Counted from the first letter of the stretch, positions 18,864 through 30,259 are shown. The stretch is 64,000 bases of DNA from Marispirochaeta sp. (GCA_963676835.2 CAXXFF010000003.1:384001-448000), one strand, 5' to 3'. Notes: generated by a model from the sequence alone, not told the origin. Made by a program: numbers and translations.

Positions 18864-20384
18864 TCAGAGGGAAATATTCCATGGCAGCAATTTTTCCCAG
18901 TTATCAGATTCATTCATGAGTGGAGCTTCCTCAAAAACGCGTCTCAGGTAGTCGTTCGGGTTCACATTATTTTGTTTGGCTGTCTCAATCAGTGAATACA
19001 TGGCACAGGAACTTTCAGCCCCCTTTGGACTACCGGAAAATAACCAGTTCTTTCGGCCCAGAACAAACGGCCGAATAGCCTGTTCCGCGCTATTGTTGTC
19101 AGGTGTCAGATAGGGAGAATCGAGGTAGTGTACCAGTTTCTCCCATTCGTTCAAGGTGTACTGAATTGCTTTCCCAAGCAATAACGAAGGAGGAACCTGC
19201 TGACTGCGTTTTTCAAGCCAGGTTCTAAACTTCTGCAAAACCGGTTCCGCCTGAGATTTGCGCTGGTCAACAAACTGGTCTTCGGGCAATTCCATACTGC
19301 GAAGACGCTCTTCAATTCCATACAGTTTCCTGATGGCATTCAATGCTTCCTGTGCACTTGCTGCTTTCTTCGAGGCCTTTGCAGCTTCATGAAACTTTCG
19401 CCGAACATGGGCCATGCAGCCGACATGGACTATCTGTTCATTCCCCGCCAGGGCTGTACGATACGCATCATAGCCGTCGGTCTGTAAAAAGCCGCTGAAT
19501 CCATCGAGAAGTTCTTTAATATGCCGGGACCCGCGGGTTTCCCGGTATGAGTAAAGCAATCCCGGGTTTTCCGGAGGGCCGCCGCGGGCAAGCCACATAT
19601 AGGATTTCGCCGTGTCAGGGCGTTCCGGTTCTCCGTGTACCTGGACCGGGGTTTCATCCATGTTGATGACCGGCCCTGACCGGATATGCGTTTTCAGTGT
19701 TTCTATTAACGGTTCAATTTTATCAAACGCCGCCTGCTGCCAGTTGCTCATGTTCTGACGGCTTATGTGGATGCCGATTCTTTCAAACCGTTTCTCCTGC
19801 CGGTAATAGGGCAGATGATCGACAAACTTGTTCACTATGATGAAGGAGATCAATCCTGGCGTTACAATGCTTTTAGGGATAATACTTGCAGGGGGATCAG
19901 CAACCCTTACTGCCGGCTTCTCTTCATCCCCGGAGCCTTCACAGTTTTTACAGGCATACTTGGGGCGGATAATCCGTTCCACCCACATCTTCGGGGGGAT
20001 TACCTGTAAGCGCTCGCTGGTCTCTTCGCCGATACGAACCAGCGCATGGCCGCAGGCACACTGTTTTTCTTCTTCGGGAATATCAATGATGATCTCATCC
20101 CGGGGAAGGCTTTCATCAATTGGTTTTCTGCCGTATTTCCTGCGGGGATGGGACTGAACTGGTACGGAAGTCTCTGATGCATCGTTCTCCGAAGTACCAT
20201 TCTCTTCAAGTCCGAACAACAGCGGTTGATACTCATCCAGTTGTTCTTTTTCACTTTTACGGCCAAATTTCTGAAGAAGAAGCAATTTGTACTGCTCTTC
20301 CAAGGCACCATAACGCTGCTCCCAGGAAGTATTAAGTTCGTGGATATAGTCCTGTACTTCCCTGGGAAGTTCTGTAACATCCAT
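18864..20384 (-). CDS. tnpC: IS66 transposase TnpC
   Basis: KFGRKSE, CACG...CKNC zinc finger, HLPYYRQ, MDETPV, QTDGY, CMAHVRRKF and DNNSAEQAIR. Confidence 0.95.
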   Translation of the reverse strand: MDVTELPREVQDYIHELNTSWEQRYGALEEQYKLLLLQKFGRKSEKEQLDEYQPLLFGLEENGTSENDASETSVPVQSHPRRKYGRKPIDESLPRDEIIIDIPEEEKQCACGHALVRIGEETSERLQVIPPKMWVERIIRPKYACKNCEGSGDEEKPAVRVADPPASIIPKSIVTPGLISFIIVNKFVDHLPYYRQEKRFERIGIHISRQNMSNWQQAAFDKIEPLIETLKTHIRSGPVINMDETPVQVHGEPERPDTAKSYMWLARGGPPENPGLLYSYRETRGSRHIKELLDGFSGFLQTDGYDAYRTALAGNEQIVHVGCMAHVRRKFHEAAKASKKAASAQEALNAIRKLYGIEERLRSMELPEDQFVDQRKSQAEPVLQKFRTWLEKRSQQVPPSLLLGKAIQYTLNEWEKLVHYLDSPYLTPDNNSAEQAIRPFVLGRKNWLFSGSPKGAESSCAMYSLIETAKQNNVNPNDYLRRVFEEAPLMNESDNWEKLLPWNISL

Positions 20385-20445
20385 GCTAATAAGAATTCTA
20401 GCATGCCGTACATTCTATGTAAATTCCTTTACACCAATAAAATGC

Positions 20446-20793
20446 TTAAGAAACCCGCGAATATTCCAAACTAGTATGTTCATTCCAAAAATCGATGCCT
20501 TTCAACAGCATCGATAGCTGTTCCGGGGTAATCATACGTGCAGTTTCTTCGGTTACGGGCCAGGGAAACTTATGCTTTTCCAGTTTCTTCTGCCAGAGAC
20601 AGAATCCGTTCTTGTCCCAGTAGAGGGCTTTCATAATTCGTCGTTCGCGGTTGCAGAACAGAAACAGATTGCCGCTTAACGGATTTTCATTCATATAGTC
20701 CTGCACCATGACAACTAAGCCGTTGATTGCTTTACGCATATCAGTGATGCCTGGCCGGATAAATATCTGTACCGCTGATAATTCTGGGGTCAT
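20446..20793 (-). CDS. tnpB: IS66 accessory protein TnpB
   Basis: TDMRKAINGL, LFLFCNR and YWDKNGFCLWQKKLE. Confidence 0.95.
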   Translation of the reverse strand: MTPELSAVQIFIRPGITDMRKAINGLVVMVQDYMNENPLSGNLFLFCNRERRIMKALYWDKNGFCLWQKKLEKHKFPWPVTEETARMITPEQLSMLLKGIDFWNEHTSLEYSRVS

Positions 20794-21119
20794 TCATAAA
20801 CCCTCAAGGCTGTTAATACTGCTTTAAGCTGGTCATGGTTTGCTGTTACCGGCAGAGTAATAACAATATCGTGCAACTTTATGGTAATGGTTTCTTTTTT
20901 GGATAAATGATGAAAAGAGCTTTTTACTGGTATGAACCGGGCTGCTGCTGTTTCAGAGCCTATTCCGGTTTGTACGGCACGTTTCCTTTCGGCTTTTTTC
21001 CAGCTGTAAAATGTTGTGGGTGGTATTTCGTGCTGCCGGCAATACACCTGCCCGCTTAACCCACTTTTTTCCCAATTTCTGAGATGTTCACTCTGCTGTT
21101 CCCGGTTATATTTGACCAT
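20790..21119 (-). CDS. tnpA: IS66 accessory protein TnpA
   Basis: WEKSGLS...YCRQHEI...TFYSWKK HTH; 4-bp overlap with tnpB. Confidence 0.88.
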   Translation of the reverse strand: MVKYNREQQSEHLRNWEKSGLSGQVYCRQHEIPPTTFYSWKKAERKRAVQTGIGSETAAARFIPVKSSFHHLSKKETITIKLHDIVITLPVTANHDQLKAVLTALRVYE

Positions 21120-21245
21120 GCGATTCCTCCATTAAGGGAGGATTGTAGGGCATTCATTGATGTCGGCATAAGGTGGGGTTTAATTGACGGTTACGTTTAA
21201 TTGACGGTTACGTTACTTTGGCTGCGCCAAGCCGCGCTGATCTGC

Positions 21246-21311
21246 GACGTCGCCTGGCTTTTTTTTGTCCAACGGTAAAACCGTTTGGACAAAAAAAAGC
21301 CAGGCGACGTC
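21246..21311 (-). terminator. long hairpin at the end of the rRNA operon, overlapping the 5S 3' end
   Basis: GACGTCGCCTGGC-T8-GTCCAA ... TTGGAC-A8-GCCAGGCGACGTC. Confidence 0.55.
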
Positions 21312-21408
21312 CTACTCTCCCGCTTTCGCAGTACCATCGGCGCTGAAGGGCTTAACTTCCGTGTTCGACATGGGAACGGGTGGATCCCCTTCGCTAAGGT
21401 CACCTGGC
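21299..21408 (-). rRNA. rrf: 5S rRNA
   Basis: Reverse complement contains CCCATGTCGAACAC, GCCGATGGTACT and GGGAGAGTAGG, with complementary ends. Confidence 0.95.
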
Positions 21409-22011
21409 AATAATTACCATTTTACGGTCACCATCGGGGTGTACCCCTCCGGCTTCCTTTGTTCAAGCTACTCACAGGTCAGCAAAGCCGCCTGTTCGTA
21501 TTGAACGTTTAGTGCGTCTATCCTAAAAGGATAAACTATTTTGTTTTTGTCTTTCGACTATAGAGCACATACTCAGTAACTGTTTAATCAGCTCTGAAAA
21601 ACGGTCGGGTCCCCCGACCGGCTTTTCATTCGTCGGGCAGAGGGTAGTCGATGGAGTACTCTCCAGCGACGACCGTAAAAGGAGAAGAAGCACACAATAA
21701 TATGGTCAAGCCTCACGACTAATTAGTACTGGTCAGCTGAACATGTTACCATGCTTAGACCGCCAGCCTATCAACCAGATCTTCTCTCTGGTGTCTTCAG
21801 GGACCTTAAAGGCCCTGGGATGTCTCATCTCGAGGGGGGCTTCCCACTTAGATGCCTTCAGCGGTTATCCCGACCGAACTTGGCTACCCAGCACTTACCC
21901 TTGGCAGGATAACTGGTACACCAGAGGTTCGTCCATTCCGGTCCTCTCGTACTAAGAACAGATCCTCTCAAACATCCAACGCCTGTGGCAGATAGGGACC
22001 GAACTGTCTCG

Positions 22012-22076
<65 letters not shown>

Positions 22077-22077
22077 C

Positions 22078-22117
<40 letters not shown>

Positions 22118-22323
22118 TTTGCCGTCGATATGAACTCTTGGGCAAAATCAGCCTGTTATCCCCGGAGTACCTTTTGTCCGTTAAGTGACGGCCCTTCCAC
22201 TCAGAACCGCCAGATCACTAAGACCTACTTTCGTACCTGCTCGACATGTACGTCTCGCAGTCAAGCAACCTTGTGCCTTTGCACTCGTACATTGATTTCC
22301 AACCAATGCGAGGTTACCTTCGC

Positions 22324-22365
<42 letters not shown>

Positions 22366-22636
22366 CGCCCACCTGACATTGTCCACGTACCCGCTTCAGG
22401 GCACCCGTTAGAAATATAACTTGCAAAGGGAGGTATTTCACCAACGACTCTGCGCAACCTAGCGACCACGCTTCTTAGTCTCCCTCCTATCCTACACATT
22501 ACAAGCCACATTTCAATGCCAAGCTACAGTAAAGGTTCACGGGGTCTTTCCGTCTAACCACAGGTAATCGGCATCTTCACCGATACTTCAATTTCACCGG
22601 GTTTCACGTTGAGACAGCGTTCAAGTCGTTACACCA

Positions 22637-22710
<74 letters not shown>

Positions 22711-23406
22711 TGGGGCTTCAATTCGACGCTCTCACATCTCCTCTTAACCTTCCAGCACCGGGCAGGTGTCAGTCCCTATACTTCATCTTGCGATTTAGCA
22801 GAGACCTGTGTTTTTGGTAAACAGTCGCTTGAACCTTTTCTCTGCAACCCCTAACAAACTTTAACATCCATCGGGGGCCACACTTCTCCCTAAGTTACGT
22901 GTGTATTTTGCCGAGTTCCTTAACGTGAATTCTCCCGAGCGCCTTAGAATACTCATCCCGCCTACCTGTGTCGGTTTGCGGTACGGTCCCTTACAGCATA
23001 TCTTTAGAAGCTATTTCTCGGCACCTTGATCCCACCAGCTTCGCTCGTCCGTAGACTCACTCGTCTTAACACCTCGTCTCAAACTGCGGATTTACCTGCA
23101 GCTCTCAACAACTAAGTGCTTAAACCGGGACAACCATCGCCCGGCCTGGCTTCGCCTAATGCGTCGCTCCATCAGTCCTGTAAGAGGTACGGGAATATTA
23201 ACCCGTTTCCCATCGACTACGCCTTTCGGCCTCGCCTTAGGGGCCGACTAACCCTTGGGCAGATTACCTTAACCCTGGAATCCTTAGGCTTTCGGCGGAC
23301 AGGGATCTCACCTGTCTTTTCGTTACTCATGCCTGCATTCTCTCTTCCATCCCCTCCAGCATCCCTTTCAGGACACCTTCAACAGTACATGGAATGCTCC
23401 TCTACC

Positions 23407-23708
23407 CCCTGCACCTATTTAAAATCACCAGTTATTAGACTATTCGATATTCGTTCGAGCATTTGACGTCTTGCTCGTCCGTCTTTTAATCGCTTTTCAC
23501 GTTTTTGCGCATCAGATTTGCTTAAGTATGCTTCATAATACACTAAATGCCATTCGTCATTTTTTGTGTACGGGCTTAGTTTCCCTTCATGCTCACTCAT
23601 TCGTCTTTTAAGATCACTTGTATAACCAATATACACATGCTCTTTTTGACTCTTCAGCACATAAACGTAATACATAATCTAACCTCGTAATTTTAAATAG
23701 GTGCAGGG
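23407..23708 (-). mobile_element. 23S intervening sequence (helix 45 position) with 19-bp terminal inverted repeats, encoding a GIY-YIG protein
   Basis: CCCTGCACCTATTTAAAAT and ATTTTAAATAGGTGCAGGG lie between the conserved ...GCTCCTCTACC and CCGTAGCTTCGGT...TTAGCCCCG tracts. Confidence 0.88.
23415..23675 (-). CDS. standalone GIY-YIG nuclease (UPF0213/SLX1-like), 86 aa
   Basis: YYVYVL...YIGYTSDLKRRMSEH...LVYYEAY..KSDA.KRE..LK; GAGG RBS upstream; same sense as the rRNA. Confidence 0.9.
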   Translation of the reverse strand: MYYVYVLKSQKEHVYIGYTSDLKRRMSEHEGKLSPYTKNDEWHLVYYEAYLSKSDAQKREKRLKDGRARRQMLERISNSLITGDFK

Positions 23709-23758
23709 CCGTAGCTTCGGTACTATGCTTAGCCCCGTTACATTGTCGGCGCACAACG

Positions 23759-23793
<35 letters not shown>

Positions 23794-23794
23794 T

Positions 23795-23827
<33 letters not shown>

Positions 23828-24323
23828 TCGCCGTTGCACTTCCTTTTCCACTCGAGCATAGTTCTGAGACCTTAGCTGACGGTCTGGGCTGTTTCCCTCT
23901 TGACCACGAATCTTGTCACCCGTAGTCTGACTCCCGCGCATCATTTAACCGGCATTCGGAGTTTGACTGAGTTTGGTACCCGGTGAAGGGCCCTAGCCCA
24001 ATCAGTGCTCTACCTCCGGCAAACTAACGCGAGGCTAGCCCTAAAGCTATTTCGAGGAGTGCCAGCTATCTCCGAGTTTGATTAGCCTTTCACTCCTATC
24101 CACACCTCATCCCTGCCTTTTTCAACAGACTAGGGTTCGGTCCTCCACTTTGTGTTACCAAAGCTTCAACCTGGACATGGATAGATCACTCGGCTTCGGG
24201 TCTACCGCATGCTACTAAATCGCCCTATTCAGACTCGGTTTCCCTTCGGCTTCGGTACTTCTATACCTTAACCTCGCAACATACGGTAACTCGCAGGCTC
24301 ATTCTACAAAAGGCACGCCATCA

Positions 24324-24424
24324 CCCGGCACCTAAATCCCCCAAATAAGCTCTTCGTTTTCGCCTACTTGGCTTGTTTAGCTCTCTAAACACCAAGATTC
24401 TCATCTCAGGATTTAGGTGCCGGG
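24324..24424 (-). other. 23S intervening sequence (helix 25 position), 101 bp, no ORF
   Basis: 16-bp IR CCCGGCACCTAAATCC / GGATTTAGGTGCCGGG between CAAAAGGCACGCCATCA and GACCGCTTGTAGG. Confidence 0.85.
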
Positions 24425-25036
24425 CTTTGACCGCTTGTAGGTCCACGGTTTCAGGTTCTATTTCACTCCCCTCCCGGGGTGCTTTTCACCGTTCCCTCAC
24501 GGTACTATTCGCTATCGGTAGCTGTCTCGTATTTAGCCTTGGAAGGTGGTCCTCCCGGATTCAAACAGGATTTCTCGTGTCCCGTCCTACTCAGGTACGC
24601 GCTCAGCGCTCACTCATGTTTCGACTACGGGGCTTTCACCCTCTTTGACCGGCTTTTCCAATACCGTTCGTCTACACTTATAAGTCACCTTTATGCACGC
24701 CCTACAACCCCAGTGCGCATGCGTACTGGTTTGGGCTATATCCCGTTCGCTCGCCGCTACTCAGGATATCTCTTTTGATTTCTTTTCCTCTGGGTACTTA
24801 GATGGTTCAGTTCCCCAGGTATTGCTCATATATGCTATTTTATTCACATATATGTGACAGAGAGTCTACTCTGCCGGGTTACCCCATTCGGTGATCCAGG
24901 GTTCAATAGATGTTTGCTCCTACCCCTGGCTTTTCGCAGCTTACCACGACCTTCTTCGCCGGACAGCTCCAAGGCATCCTCCGTGGACCCTTATTCGCTT
25001 GACCATATTAGTTTGTGCTCCTTCTTTGGCGGTTGC

Positions 25037-25066
25037 CCCTGCACTAAATTATTATTTAGTGCAGGG
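25037..25066. repeat. minimal hairpin of the same IR family, in the ITS
   Basis: CCCTGCACTAAAT-tatt-ATTTAGTGCAGGG. Confidence 0.75.
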
Positions 25067-25294
25067 TCTCCCTTGGTGCTGTTGCGCAGTCTCAGAGTCG
25101 GCAAAGCCGCTCTTCGCTGCACGAAAGTCATCAAGAGTGTAGTCGCAGTTGCCCGCTAAACTACATTCGCAACCATCCCGAAACTCCCCTTTATGATGCA
25201 ACTACTTCCCATTTCGTTACACCGGTATGTTCCGGTTCTCTATGTCAAAAGATCGAAAAAAAATAACCTAAGTTTAAAACTTTGGTTATTGTTA

Positions 25295-25368
<74 letters not shown>

Positions 25369-25546
25369 GGATATATAAAGATAAGGGCGAAGATTTCCGC
25401 TTATTAAAAAGCAAGTTTACCTTGTATGTTTCATACTTATCCCGTCTGTATCCCATTTACAAAAGCTTTGTCAGACTTGCGTCTTAAAAAGCATCCGCTC
25501 AGCTTTAATGCTGATTGAGAACTATTCGTTCCAGTTCCCTTCTCGT

Positions 25547-27073
<1,527 letters not shown>

Positions 27074-27663
27074 ATAATAAGTCTCATACAAGATGAGACT
27101 CTTTAATTCACATAATAAAAGTTTGAATACTCAATTTCAGAATAAGCTGACTTATATCCGTCATTATTGAAATCAACAAAGGTTCCCGCTTTTTATTTCT
27201 CAAATCATTTACCTGCAATTACTTACAAGCAAACAACCCGATCACGGTTATCTTCGCCCCTTCTCATATTCCAGTTAATTCCAATACCCTTTATTTACAA
27301 TCCCAAGGTCATTCACTCTCTCAATTTCAGTGAACCGTCCCTCTTAACCTGGACTAAACAAGGCCGTATCGGCTGTCTTTTAAAGATCATTCTCTCCGCT
27401 GCTCAACCGGGTGACTCACCCCGTCGCTTCAGCGTGATCGCAGTTATATCATTCGGCGCTACTCAGTGTCAACCCGCTGCCGCAGGTTTTTTTACTCACT
27501 TTTTCGTATTGAATCAGCAAGCCGGAGTAGCATAAAGCACGTTGAATACGTGATTCCGCCGAAAGACAGCAGAACCATAAACAAGCAGAAAGAAGAACGT
27601 TGATGATCTAATCACTGTTGATTGGTTCTAAAAGGCGTCCCTCTCACTTGAGGAACGCTGCTA

Positions 27664-27692
27664 AATATATTGAATCCCGCGGCTCTTGTCAA
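27664..27692 (-). promoter_or_regulatory. candidate rRNA operon sigma70 promoter
   Basis: TTGACA-17 bp-TATATT on the minus strand. A second TTGACA lies at 27467-27472, and a boxA-like GATCTTTAAAA near 27380. Confidence 0.55.
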
Positions 27693-28495
27693 CCGTCACA
27701 GCAGTTCTTTTTGACTGATTCAAGGATAATTTCCGCAACTTCTGAAAAACCTGCCCCATAGGGGTTTTCGGTAATGTATCCCGGTTTATGCTCAATAAGA
27801 TTGAGAAAAGACCGGATATTCGCCATCCCGCAGGAAAGTGGAAAAAAACTGAACATGGGCTCGTCATTAGGAGAATCTCCGCAGAATAAAACCGAGTCTT
27901 TGAGCATTTCGGATTTTACATCGAAGTTTTCCGTCAGGATCATGAGCGCAGTATCAAGCTTACTGTATTCACCAAACCAGGTATTCACATGGATGGAGCT
28001 GATTTTTGCAACCGCTCCCTTCTCTTCACAAAGCTTTTTTATCGTCACCGCTGTATCATAGTCAAAACGCGGCGGGTCCTCTGCAAAATCGAGGGCAAGA
28101 TCATACCAGCGGAAATCCTGATCTCGGGAGGTTTTCATTCCGGGGATTTTACCGCACACATATTTTTCAATTTCCCGAAGGCGTTCCTGTATATTTCCTC
28201 CGGCTACATCCGGATGCAGCTTCAAGTCATACCCGCTCTCATTGCGGATCATACAGAATGCTCCATTTTCCCCGATCACAGCCTCCACAGGCCACTGGCG
28301 TATTATCATATCGCACCAGCCGGCAGGTCTGCCCGTTACAGGGATAATGATGAACCCTGCGCTTTTCAGCTTCCATAATGCAGTGTATGCTTCCGGGAGC
28401 AGATATCCGTCCCGGGTCAGAGTGTCATCAATATCACAAAGAATAAATTTGAGACTGCCCAGGTCCGCAGCCTTGAGTGCATCCGTCGGGAGCAT
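27689..28495 (-). CDS. HAD-IIB family hydrolase
   Basis: DIDDTLT, VTGRPAGW, ENGA, SSIHVN and GDSPND. Confidence 0.85.
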   Translation of the reverse strand: MLPTDALKAADLGSLKFILCDIDDTLTRDGYLLPEAYTALWKLKSAGFIIIPVTGRPAGWCDMIIRQWPVEAVIGENGAFCMIRNESGYDLKLHPDVAGGNIQERLREIEKYVCGKIPGMKTSRDQDFRWYDLALDFAEDPPRFDYDTAVTIKKLCEEKGAVAKISSIHVNTWFGEYSKLDTALMILTENFDVKSEMLKDSVLFCGDSPNDEPMFSFFPLSCGMANIRSFLNLIEHKPGYITENPYGAGFSEVAEIILESVKKNCCDG

Positions 28496-28496
28496 G

Positions 28497-29087
28497 TTAA
28501 TCTCCGAAGGATTCCTTAAGCACCGGCCAGGCTCCTTTAAGATAGGTCATAAAGGATGCAACCGAGGCTACAGCTGCCAGAATAAAGACTGCGAGAGTAC
28601 TGATTTTTACGATATTAAAAGAATCTGAAACAAACCCCAGCCGATCCAGGGATACCGTAAGAAAGCCCAGTATACCTGCAATTGCATAGGTGACCGCTTT
28701 CAGCTTGCCCCAGATACTGGCTGCCATTGCTTTGCCTTTTCGAATGAGCACCATCCTGAGAAAGGTAATAGAGAATTCCCGGTACAGCAGAATTGCCAGG
28801 ATTATAACCGGCATAAGGCCCACAGCAGTAAAACAGATAAAATAGGTGATCCGGCTTAAAACGTCCGCAAAAGGATCCAGCACCTTTCCAAGATCAGTGA
28901 CCAGATTATATTTCCGGGCAATATACCCATCCATTACATCTGAAACTTCAATGAGCACATAAAGAACCCAGAGCACAACCATGGAAGGAAGAATAAAATC
29001 TCCGGTCCATTGGGGGACCATGAAGACGAGAAGAAGAATTGGAGTAATTATTATACGGAAAACAGTCAGTTTGTTCGGCAAGTTCAT
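28497..29087 (-). CDS. pgsA: CDP-diacylglycerol--glycerol-3-phosphate 3-phosphatidyltransferase
   Basis: MNLPNKLT..RI and SD..DGYIARK...VTDLGK.LDP.AD. Confidence 0.92.
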   Translation of the reverse strand: MNLPNKLTVFRIIITPILLLVFMVPQWTGDFILPSMVVLWVLYVLIEVSDVMDGYIARKYNLVTDLGKVLDPFADVLSRITYFICFTAVGLMPVIILAILLYREFSITFLRMVLIRKGKAMAASIWGKLKAVTYAIAGILGFLTVSLDRLGFVSDSFNIVKISTLAVFILAAVASVASFMTYLKGAWPVLKESFGD

Positions 29088-29159
29088 AAAACAAACCTAT
29101 AGTGGAGCAGAATACTTGTCAATAATGATTTACATTGCATACAGAAGTTTAACAGAAGC

Positions 29160-29450
29160 TTATACGGCGTTGCTGTCCAATTCTTTAAGGATCTCCACAA
29201 AATGGTCCTTTCTGGCAAAACGATAGAGAACCCGGTAGCCCTGTCGGCTCTTTGTTTTGATTATGCTCCGGAGAGCTCTTTCCATCTCTTTACGGCTTTC
29301 ATACAGCTTTACCTTTTCACGCCCCGCATTTGGCTCACGGCCCCAGGTAATGGTAAAAGCGTAGTCTGCAAAAAGGTTTCCCTGCCTGTCGTGTACCGAG
29401 TAATACCAGAAGTGTCCTTTGGTATCCTCTTTAAAAAAGGTAATAATCAT
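29160..29450 (-). CDS. WGR-domain protein
   Basis: YYSV...QGNLF......WGR...G..K.....K.RQGY pattern. Confidence 0.75.
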   Translation of the reverse strand: MIITFFKEDTKGHFWYYSVHDRQGNLFADYAFTITWGREPNAGREKVKLYESRKEMERALRSIIKTKSRQGYRVLYRFARKDHFVEILKELDSNAV

Positions 29451-29470
29451 CCATCCCCAGTATCGGCTGA

Positions 29471-30259
29471 TTATCCGGAAAAAGATAGTGGCGAAATTTC
29501 TAATTTTCCTTTTCGATATTCAACCTTATAGCTTTTTAACAGATGCAGCTTACGGAAAGCCGGCTCAGTTTTAACAACTGTTATAATCCGTATTTTTTTA
29601 AGCAATTTTGTTACATACGGCAGAATGGTTTCGTTCCCCTCTTTTGTCCTGACAGCACGGACACTCTGGAGATCATCAGACTCACTGCTTCCGACGCTTT
29701 TGATAAATACAGCCTCTTTACTGGTTGATATAAAGGAAAATGGCACAAACTCACTGACAGTAATCATCTCCCCTTCAAGATATATGCCGTCCCCCTCAAG
29801 CCTGTAGACCGCCGAATAGTCCTGCTGCTTAATTTCTACCGATAGATCAGTCTCATCCAAACGCAGAACAAACAGGCTTGTACTGTTTTCATCAATCCTT
29901 AAAGCCGGGTAGGAAACAAGAAAAGAGTAAAGTCCGGCATAAAGGAGTGCAATGACGATTACGAGAATCGATAGAGATGTTTTGGGAAAAAAAGAAAACA
30001 GCCCCCCGAAGACCGCTGATCCAGCCAGGGCTAAAAGCCAGCCCGGATTACCTGATATTACAGGGAGATCGGGCGAGAAGAGTATTCCCAGAGCAATTGA
30101 AAGAAAACCACAGGAGAGAAATACAATTGAAGGTATTCCGGGTTTCTTTTTTTTTATTCCCCGTCGGAGAGTATTTATCAGAAAAAGAGCGAAGAAAATT
30201 CCTGTTAAGTAGATCCAGAGAAAGGGATTTTCCAGAATGCTCGACCAGAGTAGCTTCAT
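29471..30259 (-). CDS. hypothetical membrane protein
   Basis: About four N-terminal TM segments plus a soluble C-terminus; abuts the upstream gene. Confidence 0.65.
   Translation of the reverse strand: MKLLWSSILENPFLWIYLTGIFFALFLINTLRRGIKKKKPGIPSIVFLSCGFLSIALGILFSPDLPVISGNPGWLLALAGSAVFGGLFSFFPKTSLSILVIVIALLYAGLYSFLVSYPALRIDENSTSLFVLRLDETDLSVEIKQQDYSAVYRLEGDGIYLEGEMITVSEFVPFSFISTSKEAVFIKSVGSSESDDLQSVRAVRTKEGNETILPYVTKLLKKIRIITVVKTEPAFRKLHLLKSYKVEYRKGKLEISPLSFSG

Larger units (their letters stand above)
18829..21194 (-). mobile_element. IS66-family insertion sequence
   Basis: Terminal IRs GTAACCGTCAATTAAACCTCACC and GGTGGGGTTTAATTGACGGTTAC; tnpA-tnpB-tnpC order. Confidence 0.93.

Noticed and set aside
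21178..21216. Tandem 17-bp repeat as a possible CRISPR remnant
   Set aside because: There are no spacers, the unit is the IS66 terminus and no cas genes are in the window.
23407..23708. Group I intron with a homing endonuclease
   Set aside because: The ORF and terminal IRs fill nearly all 302 bp, leaving no room for a P3-P9 core, and the site is a variable helix typical of IVSs.
27080..27100. AGTCTCAT-acaag-ATGAGACT, resembling the lipoprotein-operon palindrome
   Set aside because: The spacing differs, it lies in the 16S leader and no sigma54 motif is nearby; it is better explained as a leader RNA hairpin.
29460..29488. sigma28 promoter upstream of the WGR gene (GCCGATAC)
   Set aside because: There is no matching -35 element at the expected spacing, and it is very close to the start codon.
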